DNA of 64,000 nucleotides from Armatimonadota bacterium (GTDB lineage Bacteria; Armatimonadota; SYMT01): NCBI GenBank assembly GCA_041690135.1, contig JAWLHY010000001.1, positions 160,001 to 224,000 of the forward strand, read 5' to 3'. Shown piece by piece: positions 56,308 to 64,000 of this stretch (position 1 is its first letter; each line of letters starts with the position of its first letter). The notes under the pieces were generated by a model. It saw only the letters and a program-made list of their open reading frames with translations, ran no database searches and was not told where the DNA came from. The position numbers and the translations under genes were made by a program.

Positions 56308-58221
56308 CTAATGGTTGAGGCGGAACTCCGCGGAGGCGAGGAGGGCCCAGGCCAGCTCACCGATGGCCTGAGAGCGGCGCTGCGCGTGCTTCTCCAGGTA
56401 GGCCCGGACCTCGGCCGATTCCTCCGCGGTGGGGCGGCGGGTCAGCACGGAGAGATAGAGCTCCTCGGCCAGGGCGGCGGGGTCGGCTAGCTTCTGGAGA
56501 CGGTCCGCGAGGTTGCCGTTCCGCGGCTCCAGCCACCGGAGGACCAGCTTCTCGTTCATCAGGAACAGCGAGTGGGCCATGGAAGGCTGGAACTCCACCT
56601 CCGGCTCGCCGGGCGGGTTTCCGAAGACGGCGGCGAAGAGCTCCAGCGTGTCCGGCAGGTTCGCGGGCGGCTCGGCGCGGAGGTCATTGCTGTAGTCCTT
56701 ATAGGTGAAGCGGGATTTCTCGGGAACGCCGGCCTTCATCACCTCGGGTAGCGTGCCGGTGGCCTGCATTACGCTCCAGGCGAGCTGTTCGGCCGAGAGC
56801 GGCTTGAGGAGGCCCAGGCGGTAACTCTGCGGCGGCACCTTGGCAACATCGATGCCCGCGGGCGCGCGGCTGGAGCGTTGGTAGGTTTCGCTGACTGCGA
56901 TCTCCCTTAGGAGACGCTTCACGTCGAAACCACTGGTGGCGAACTCCCGCGTGAGGAGGTCCAGCAACTCCGGATGCGAGGGCGGGTTGCCGGAGTGGTC
57001 CATGTCGAGGGGGTGGACGAGTCCCCGCCCCATCATCAGGAACCAGAAGCGGTTGACGCTGGTCCGCACGAAGGCGCGGCTCGCGGTGGCGGTGAGGTCG
57101 CTGGCCAGGATCTGCCGGGCGCGGAACTTCGGCACGCCGGGGAGCCCGTCGTGAGGCGGTTGCTCGAACTCCTGCCCCTTCGGGAATGTGGGGACGGTCA
57201 ATTCCATTCCCCCGAGCAGGCGGGGTCCGGTTGCGTGCTTCGTATCCGGCGTGAAGACGGAGGCGAACTCCACCTTTCCGGTGGGGGCCGCCTCGACCAG
57301 CAGAGTCTCGTTCGTCTTCGCCACCTTATGGAGCTTGCTCTGGCCGAGGTAGGCGTAGAGCCCGAAGTAGTGCGCCTGCTTGTAATCGGTAACCGTGGGA
57401 TGGTCGTGACACTGGGCGCAGCCCAGGTTCATGCCCAGGAACAGGCGGGCCACATCCTGGGTCATCCGGTGCGGATCGCCCTGCCGCCCGTCCGCGAAGA
57501 AGCGCAGCGCGGGACGGACGCGCGGGTCGGTCGTGTCCGCGGCGACGATCTCCCGGACCAGCTGGTCCCACGGCTTGTTCGCGGCGAAGGAATCGCGCAG
57601 ATAGCGATTCCACTCCGCGGTCGGAACCACATCCCCGGTGCGCCGCTCCATCAGGGCGACGGACATTGCCTGCTCCAGGCGACGGGCGTAGTCCGGGCTG
57701 GCGAGGAGACGGCTGATGAGCCGCTCGCGGCTCGGATAAGGATAAGGATTACGATTAGGCCTGGGAAGCGCCGTGTGCCTAGCGGCCCCTCCTTCCTGCC
57801 TCTTGGTTCCCGCACCCTTCGTGCTTTTCCCCGACCCCTGGCCCCCGGCCCCTAATCCCTGACCCATGGCCGCCGACCCCCGACCCCCGGCCGCTGGCCC
57901 CCGACCCCCGGCCCCTCGCTCGCCGGCGCATTCGGCGAGGAAGGCGCGGGCTTCCGCGGGGGTGGGGATGGAGCCGGTGAGATCGAGATAGACCCGCCGG
58001 AGGAATTCTTCATCGGAGGCCACCGGCGCCAGGGGGCCCTGGGCACTTTTGGCGACCAGTTGATCGATCTGCCGGTGGAGGGGAGAAGGGAGCGGGATAG
58101 TCGTGCGTGGAGGCGCGGAATGTGGAAGGGTGGAGGGGCGAGGGGCAGCCGGAGCACCCGATGGCGCCAGGAAGATGCAGCCGGCGCTAAGGGCTATGAG
58201 TTGGCTTTTCCAGAGAATCAC
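56308..58221 (-). CDS. DUF1549/DUF1553 protein (start uncertain) with a low-complexity in-frame insertion
   Basis: FLRRVYLDLTG, CAQCHDHP, NRFWFLMMGRGLVHP, SAEFRLNH. Confidence 0.85.
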   Translation of the reverse strand: MILWKSQLIALSAGCIFLAPSGAPAAPRPSTLPHSAPPRTTIPLPSPLHRQIDQLVAKSAQGPLAPVASDEEFLRRVYLDLTGSIPTPAEARAFLAECAGERGAGGRGPAAGGRGSAAMGQGLGAGGQGSGKSTKGAGTKRQEGGAARHTALPRPNRNPYPYPSRERLISRLLASPDYARRLEQAMSVALMERRTGDVVPTAEWNRYLRDSFAANKPWDQLVREIVAADTTDPRVRPALRFFADGRQGDPHRMTQDVARLFLGMNLGCAQCHDHPTVTDYKQAHYFGLYAYLGQSKLHKVAKTNETLLVEAAPTGKVEFASVFTPDTKHATGPRLLGGMELTVPTFPKGQEFEQPPHDGLPGVPKFRARQILASDLTATASRAFVRTSVNRFWFLMMGRGLVHPLDMDHSGNPPSHPELLDLLTREFATSGFDVKRLLREIAVSETYQRSSRAPAGIDVAKVPPQSYRLGLLKPLSAEQLAWSVMQATGTLPEVMKAGVPEKSRFTYKDYSNDLRAEPPANLPDTLELFAAVFGNPPGEPEVEFQPSMAHSLFLMNEKLVLRWLEPRNGNLADRLQKLADPAALAEELYLSVLTRRPTAEESAEVRAYLEKHAQRRSQAIGELAWALLASAEFRLNH

Positions 58222-58315
58222 GTTCGTTACTGCGGATTGATGGGACTGGACGGCTCCCGATACCACCTTTCCAGACAGTCGCGAACGGCCGAAGTTGCGT
58301 GGAACCGTTCTTGTT

Positions 58316-60082
58316 TCAGGCCGGGGTGCCCTGGAGGGCCTTCTCGCGCGCCTCCATCTTTTCCTGGATCTCCGACCCAACCTTGTGGATGCGGGCGGCG
58401 GTGATGACGAGGCAGAGCGCGCCCAGGGCGAGGTAGAGGACGGAGGTCACGAGCCAGATCGGGACCGCGTCGCCGAACAGCAGCGCCGGTCGGTTGGCGA
58501 AGTGATTGGAGGGATTGCCCAGTTGGGAGAGGCCTTCGAAGGGTACGAGGTAGAGGACCTGCCAGAGAGGCTGGACGGCCTTGGGCTTGGTGGTCAGGTT
58601 GTACCAGGGTAGGAGGCTGAAGTAGGGGAGCACCATCACCACCAGGCCGGTGAGATAGGTGAGGATGCAGGCGGCCCAGCGGCTGGGCAGGGTCACGGAG
58701 AGGAAGTGCCCCACGCCGGAAAGCCCGAGGACGACCGAGACGCAGAGGACCGCACCCGGCAGGAAAACGCCGCTCTGGTTGAACAGGGCGGCCTTCCCGG
58801 TCAGGAAGGCGCCGATCGGGAGTAACGCCAGGAAGAACAGCAGCCAGGCAAGGATGAGGGGGAACCCGCAGGAAAGGTCGTTGCCGAACATCCGGAAGGG
58901 AAGGAACCCCCCGAGATAGCGACCCAGGGCGCTTTCCCCGCGGCGGATGATCAGGTCGCCCGTGTTATAGACGGGTGCGAAGAGGGCGGTGAGCACCAGT
59001 ACCACCCCCAGGAAAAGGGCAAGCCCCTCTCGCACAGGTTGTACACCGGTCCAGCCGCGGACCACGCCGCCCATGATCGGGCCAAAAAGGAACAGGCAGA
59101 AAGCAGCCCAGAGGAGCGTGGCGCAGAGGCGCATCCAGTGGGGCGGTGGCGGCAGGAAGTGCTCCAGGCGCGCCATGGCGGCGTTGGCGATCAGCATCCC
59201 CAGGAGGAAGTTGAGGATCGCGCCGCTGATCCAGCTAGGCATCTGCGCCTGGAAAAGGTACTCCGGGTGGACGGCCCGTAGAGTAGCGGTGAGTGGGTTG
59301 AAGCTTTGGAACGGGATCTCGGGCATGCTGCCCGTCCCACCCCCGGCCATACCCGCACCCTGCGCGGTCATCCCCGGTGTCATGGTCAGGATGAACAGCG
59401 ACAGCACGGTGAGGTAGGTGACCACGGTGGCCGCCGCGGTGGTTCGGAGCGTGGCCGACCAGAAGATTCCGATGGAGCCGTACACGAACGCGCCGAGCGC
59501 GACGAGGAGGTATGAGAAGAAGATCTCGGCCGGAGAGACGCCGCCCACCAGGAACGAGATGCTTACCAGCGGCAGCGAAGCCGTTAGCAGCAGCACCACG
59601 AACGAAACCGCCGCGGCCAGCTTCCCGCGGATCACGTCGACCGGACGCAGCGGCGTGGTCACCAGTAGTTCGAAACAGCGCTGCTCGCGTTCGATGCTGA
59701 CGGTTCCCGCCGTGATGGCCGGGGTGATCAGCGCCACCATGATCGCCTGCGCGATGAAGACGAAGTAGTAGATCTGGCGGCCGAGGTCGCGAGCCCCCTG
59801 GGTGTTGAGGTTGCCGTACAGGGTGTCTGCTTGGGAAGCCGTGCTGGTTTCGTACGCGAAGTACATCATCGCCAGCACGCCCGCGAGCAGGAGTGTGTAA
59901 CCCAGCAGCATCCAGTACGACCGGGTGCCCCGCATGCGGGTCCGGAATTCCTTCACCAGCACGGGGTTGTCGAGCGTCGCCCGGCCGAGCCGCGCCCACA
60001 GGTCGGCCGCCCGTTGCCCGGCGGCCCCCGCTACTCGTGCCAGGGCGTCGTCGCCCGCCTTTGCTTCCGGTTCCAGACTCAC
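58316..60082 (-). CDS. ABC-2 type transporter permease
   Basis: NPVLVKEFRTRMR, ITPAITAGTVSIEREQRCFELLVTTPL; many TM helices. Confidence 0.85.
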   Translation of the reverse strand: MSLEPEAKAGDDALARVAGAAGQRAADLWARLGRATLDNPVLVKEFRTRMRGTRSYWMLLGYTLLLAGVLAMMYFAYETSTASQADTLYGNLNTQGARDLGRQIYYFVFIAQAIMVALITPAITAGTVSIEREQRCFELLVTTPLRPVDVIRGKLAAAVSFVVLLLTASLPLVSISFLVGGVSPAEIFFSYLLVALGAFVYGSIGIFWSATLRTTAAATVVTYLTVLSLFILTMTPGMTAQGAGMAGGGTGSMPEIPFQSFNPLTATLRAVHPEYLFQAQMPSWISGAILNFLLGMLIANAAMARLEHFLPPPPHWMRLCATLLWAAFCLFLFGPIMGGVVRGWTGVQPVREGLALFLGVVLVLTALFAPVYNTGDLIIRRGESALGRYLGGFLPFRMFGNDLSCGFPLILAWLLFFLALLPIGAFLTGKAALFNQSGVFLPGAVLCVSVVLGLSGVGHFLSVTLPSRWAACILTYLTGLVVMVLPYFSLLPWYNLTTKPKAVQPLWQVLYLVPFEGLSQLGNPSNHFANRPALLFGDAVPIWLVTSVLYLALGALCLVITAARIHKVGSEIQEKMEAREKALQGTPA

Positions 60083-60116
60083 GTTTTCGCGGTCTCCTCT
60101 ACGCTCTGGGGGATCG

Positions 60117-61049
60117 TTAGCTCACAACGCCGCGGGTGACCCGCATGAAGATGTCTTCCAGGTCGGTCTGCTCCTCGATGAAGGCCCGGACCCGCACGCC
60201 GTTGGCCACCAGCGCCGAAAGCACTTCGTGGGTGCGGTCGGGCTCGCCGATGTAGTCCACCTTCAGGTCCTGGTCCACCACCCGCGCGGCGCGGACCGCG
60301 GGCAACCCGTTCAGGACCGTGACCGCTCTCTCCAGGTCTTCCGGAAGCACGCGCACGTCGAGCACCTGGCCGCCGGTGACCTGACGCATGATCTCCGTGA
60401 CGTCGCCGCTGACGATCAACTCGCCCTGTTCGATGATCCCGATCTTGTTGCAGAAGTCAGAGAGCTCCGGAAGGATGTGGCTGGAGATGATGATGGTCTT
60501 CCCCATGCTCTTGAGCTCCTTGAGAAGCTCCTTGATTTCGATGCGGGCACGGGGGTCGAGGCCGGAGGCGGGTTCGTCCAGCAGCAGGACCTGGGGGTCG
60601 TGGACCAGGGTCTTTGCAAGGCAGAGGCGTTGCTTCATACCCCGCGACAGTTCTTCGACGTAACTGTCCTTCTTGACCGTGAGGTCGGTCAACTCCAGCA
60701 CGTCATCGATGATGCTGGGGCGCTTGTCGCGCGGGATCTTGTAGGCGGCGGCGAAGAAGTCGAGGTACTCCCAGACCTTGATATCGTCGTAGACGCCGAA
60801 GTTGTCCGGCATGTACCCGATCATGCCGCGCACTTTCTCCGGCTCCCGGGTGACGTCCGTGCCGTCGATGAACGCCCGTCCGGAAGTCGGGCGCAGCAGG
60901 GTCGCCAGCATCTTGATGGTGGTCGTCTTCCCGGCGCCGTTGGGGCCGATGAAGCCGAAGATGTCGCCGCGCTCCAGACGAAGCGACAGGTCCTTGACCG
61001 CGACGAGATTATTGGAATACTCCTTCCGGAGGTGTTGGATATCGACCAC
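60117..61049 (-). CDS. ABC transporter ATP-binding protein
   Basis: GPNGAGKT, LSRGMKQR, LLLDEP, SSH. Confidence 0.95.
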   Translation of the reverse strand: MVDIQHLRKEYSNNLVAVKDLSLRLERGDIFGFIGPNGAGKTTTIKMLATLLRPTSGRAFIDGTDVTREPEKVRGMIGYMPDNFGVYDDIKVWEYLDFFAAAYKIPRDKRPSIIDDVLELTDLTVKKDSYVEELSRGMKQRLCLAKTLVHDPQVLLLDEPASGLDPRARIEIKELLKELKSMGKTIIISSHILPELSDFCNKIGIIEQGELIVSGDVTEIMRQVTGGQVLDVRVLPEDLERAVTVLNGLPAVRAARVVDQDLKVDYIGEPDRTHEVLSALVANGVRVRAFIEEQTDLEDIFMRVTRGVVS

Positions 61050-61063
61050 GTTCGCTTCCCCGC

Positions 61064-63124
61064 TTATTTGAGATGCACCATCAGTAGAGTGGCGGATTGC
61101 TCCCGAGGAGTTCCGCCGTTGACCTGAATCCGGGCGACCGGTTCGCGGACCCAACCCATCAGCACGGGATGGTCCGGCGACACGGCGATGCCACCCCCCT
61201 GCGCCGAGGAGTTCAGGGTGGAGAGCGGTTGCAGCACCGCCTGCTTCATCCGCTGTTCTTCCCGGCTTCCCTTGACGTTCGTCAGCAGGCTGGCAGGGAC
61301 CAGTGTGCCGGAGCCCTGCGTCCCGCGCTCGGCGTCCACAGAGGCTTCCTGACCGGCGGCGATATTTCCGACCGGCACGGCCTGGCCACCGAGAAGGAGA
61401 TGGCAATCCTCCAGCGTATAGGGGGTCTGGTTGCGGATCTTGCCCGAGACCGCCTTAGCCGTATGGCGGAGGTTTGCCGTCACGCCGCCGCCCAGGCGGG
61501 TAACCCCTTCCGTTTTGACGACCCGCATCGCCCACATATCGACGGCGAAATCCTCGATCTTCTGGGTATCCTCGAACAGCACGCGCATTCCCTGGCTCCC
61601 CCGCTGGGAGGTGGGCTCCGAAAGCAGCGCGGCAGGGGTATCGGCCGCACCGTCGCCGCCGGCGACCTGCAGGTCGTAACCGGTTTTGCGCGGTGAAAAA
61701 AGCCCCGCGTAGCTGACGAAGGGCGCCGCGGGTTGTCCGCTGTTCGCCTCGATCACCCCCACCTTCACCAGCAGGGTCCGACCGCCCTTGAACCCGTAGC
61801 CGATCAGGTACGCGGCGACCGAGAACACCAGCACGATGGCCGGCGTGGTGAGCCAGGCATACTCCTTTTTGTCCTTCGCTTTCAGCACGAAGTAGTTCAC
61901 CGGGACGAGCACGATGATGTAGGACAGCAGGAAGATCGCCACCACATAGAAGGCGGGAATGTCGAGTTGGGAGATGGCATACGGGGCGTCCGCCAGACGG
62001 GGTTGGCCGCTTCCCCCGAAACCGGCGTTCCATTGACCATCGGCTACTTCGGTGGACGCAATGGCGTGGAGCAGTCCGCCGCCGCGTTGATCCAGCAGGA
62101 GGCTCTTCCAGAAGTCGCTGCTACCTTCCCAACTTCGGAACGGCGGGCGAGCCGGATCGAAGGCCAGGAAGTAGACGCGCCCCGCACCGCGGGTCCCCCT
62201 CACGATGGCTGGCCGGCCCTGGTGACGGTCGAGCACCGTTGCCCCGGGGAGAGGCTCCGCCAGGGCGATGGGGTAGGTGCCGCCCCCGGAAAAGCCCCGG
62301 CCGCGCACCTGGGGGTGCGGCAATCCGGTGAGGGTGCCTCCCCCGGTGACGCGCACCGGCAGCAACTCGGAGTAGAGCGGCGAAGTCAACCGCTGCCAGT
62401 CCACGCCCCCCGTAACGACCAGGGTGCCGCCCGCATGGACGTAATCGCGGAGCGCCGCGGCCCGTTCGACGGAGAACTCCCGCTCGCTCACGTCGCCGAT
62501 CACCACCATGTCCGCTGCTTCCAGGCCCTGCCAGCGGTCCGGGACCTCGCCCGGCTCCAGCGAGGCGACGGCCACCTGGGGTTGGGTATTGGAACGCATC
62601 CAGGGACGGAGCGACGGGGCCAGTTGGGTATTCGCCAGCCGAGCCGTGGTCAGCAGCTTGAGCGTGGAGTCTTCCGCGCCGATCCCCACGACCAGCCAGT
62701 CTCCGTCGTTGAGCATTCGCAGGGGAGGGCGGACCGTGTTGATGAGGCGGCCATCCCGATAGAGGTCCAGCACCAACGCCTGCGTTGAATAGCTGACGGG
62801 TGACTTGATATAGAGGGTATGGACCTGGTTCGCCTGGCCCTGCAGCTCGCGCGGCGGGATCCGGAACTCCGTTCCCCCCTCCCCGGAAGCAAAGCGGGCA
62901 CGAACTTCCACCCGGACCGCTTCACCCTGGTTCGTCAGGGTAACCTGAACGGGAAGCCAGTGTTCCGACTTGTAGTGCTGTTCCAGGCCTGCCTGGGCGG
63001 AGAGGGTGGTTTGGGCTTCGGCCGAGCGCGCCAGGGAGGCCGCCGCCAATCCCAGCAGCGATGCCGCGAGCATTCTCCGGAAGTACGTGGGCCGGAAATG
63101 GGGAGGTCGGTCAGTTCGGGTCAT
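61064..63124 (-). CDS. ABC-associated membrane protein with glutamine-amidotransferase-like extracytoplasmic domain (start approximate)
   Basis: Signal peptide, YVHAGGTLVVTGG, TM pair YIIVLVPVNYFVLK...AWLTTPAIV. Confidence 0.7.
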   Translation of the reverse strand: MTRTDRPPHFRPTYFRRMLAASLLGLAAASLARSAEAQTTLSAQAGLEQHYKSEHWLPVQVTLTNQGEAVRVEVRARFASGEGGTEFRIPPRELQGQANQVHTLYIKSPVSYSTQALVLDLYRDGRLINTVRPPLRMLNDGDWLVVGIGAEDSTLKLLTTARLANTQLAPSLRPWMRSNTQPQVAVASLEPGEVPDRWQGLEAADMVVIGDVSEREFSVERAAALRDYVHAGGTLVVTGGVDWQRLTSPLYSELLPVRVTGGGTLTGLPHPQVRGRGFSGGGTYPIALAEPLPGATVLDRHQGRPAIVRGTRGAGRVYFLAFDPARPPFRSWEGSSDFWKSLLLDQRGGGLLHAIASTEVADGQWNAGFGGSGQPRLADAPYAISQLDIPAFYVVAIFLLSYIIVLVPVNYFVLKAKDKKEYAWLTTPAIVLVFSVAAYLIGYGFKGGRTLLVKVGVIEANSGQPAAPFVSYAGLFSPRKTGYDLQVAGGDGAADTPAALLSEPTSQRGSQGMRVLFEDTQKIEDFAVDMWAMRVVKTEGVTRLGGGVTANLRHTAKAVSGKIRNQTPYTLEDCHLLLGGQAVPVGNIAAGQEASVDAERGTQGSGTLVPASLLTNVKGSREEQRMKQAVLQPLSTLNSSAQGGGIAVSPDHPVLMGWVREPVARIQVNGGTPREQSATLLMVHLK

Positions 63125-63348
63125 AAGGAGTTCTGGCATTAGCCACGGAATATTCCCCGTGGAGCGGTTGTCGTTCGGTGCCGAATAGATGAACGCTGGC
63201 GGGCGGTGACCCGTTACGTCCCCCGGAAGTTTGCTGGGAGCGCTCGGGCGGAGGTTGTACCATCCTTCACCATTCGGAGGCGCATTTCCCTCCCGGGCCG
63301 CCCGCCTTCCGACGTTCGTCACCAGGTTACCGGCGCTGCACGGAGCGT

Positions 63349-63377
63349 TTGACACGCCCCATGGGGCGTGTTATACC
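63349..63377 (+). promoter_or_regulatory. Sigma70-type promoter with a perfect 20-bp palindrome across the spacer
   Basis: TTGACA (63349-63354), 17 bp, TGnTATACC; ACACGCCCCATGGGGCGTGT at 63352-63371. Confidence 0.65.
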
Positions 63378-63433
63378 TACACATTGAGCCGACCCGGTCA
63401 ACATCCAGTCCCGCGATCAAGCCCAGGACCAGC

Positions 63434-64000
63434 ATGCAAGCTCCTCGCCTCACCATCAAGTCGCTGTGGCGTCTCTATCATACAGCCCAAACGCTGTTGA
63501 AGAGCGGCCAGACCCAGAATGCCGCCGAGCAATTCCACAAGATCGCGGTGGCCCGCGTGCGGAAGCCGCGGAATGCGGAGCCGGGCGCCTGGGAGCGAGA
63601 GAATCCGCTGGTGACCCGGGCCAGGTTGGGCCTCTGCTACTGTTACGTAGAAGAAGGGCAGTTGGATCTCGCGATGCGAGAACTGCGCCAGGTGCTGGAA
63701 GCGGAACCCCACAACGCGGAAGCCCTCTGCGAGCTGGCGTACATCCATGGTTTGAAGGGCGAACGTGCCCACGCGAAGTCCGCGCTGCAGCAGGCGCTGG
63801 AGCACAATCCGGACAGTGCCCGCGTCCATAAAGCCCTGGGGTACTTCTATCTGCAGACGGATGAGGTCGATGCGGCGGTCGAGGCATGTCGCGCGGCGGT
63901 GGCCTGCGATCCCGAGTACGATACCGCCCACGTGGAACTGGCGGTGGCCCTGGCCCGTGCCGGACAACTGGAAGACGCGATCACCGCGATGTCGGACGCA
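63434..64000 (+). CDS. TPR-repeat protein, runs off the window end
   Basis: ATG 63434 opens a frame with ARLGLCYCY...EPHNAEALCELAY...NPDSARVHKALGYFY helical repeats; not listed in the ORF track. Confidence 0.85.
   Translation, partial: MQAPRLTIKSLWRLYHTAQTLLKSGQTQNAAEQFHKIAVARVRKPRNAEPGAWERENPLVTRARLGLCYCYVEEGQLDLAMRELRQVLEAEPHNAEALCELAYIHGLKGERAHAKSALQQALEHNPDSARVHKALGYFYLQTDEVDAAVEACRAAVACDPEYDTAHVELAVALARAGQLEDAITAMSDA

Noticed and set aside
1-64000. UGA reassignment (code 4 or 25) as the explanation of in-frame TGAs
   Set aside because: Many genes end in TGA at natural boundaries (3198-3200, 29964-29966, 36392-36394); apparent read-through is limited to Cys-like redox positions

Overview
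GC-rich (roughly 65-70% by eye) bacterial chromosomal window in the standard genetic code. The mix of DUF1501/DUF1549/DUF1553/PPC modules with YtxH/DUF948/DUF1054 genes suggests an Armatimonadota-like or similar organism (inference only). It holds about 40 protein genes, one tRNA-Ala(CGC), no CRISPR array and no intact transposase. Main results: (1) three secreted redox-type genes are split by in-frame UGA codons that look like selenocysteine, each followed by a SECIS-like hairpin: a SelN-like C-U protein (8253-10241), a CxxU thioredoxin-fold protein (20317-20853) and a probable outer-membrane protein with a double-Sec UxxU motif (31364-32068); (2) a three-gene, signal-peptide-less operon (1236-7842) encodes an M4-like metalloprotease, an MBL-fold hydrolase and a PGRP-amidase/alpha-beta-hydrolase/caspase fusion, a candidate protease-cascade conflict or defence system; (3) a low-GC island of about 5 kb carries a metallophosphoesterase-NACHT-LRR (NLR-like) gene between 129-bp direct repeats, one of which is interrupted by a 154-bp MITE with a 10-bp target-site duplication; (4) several families of short-period and REP-like repeats occur, one inserted in frame inside a DUF1549 domain. 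All family assignments come from motif recognition by eye; no searches were run.
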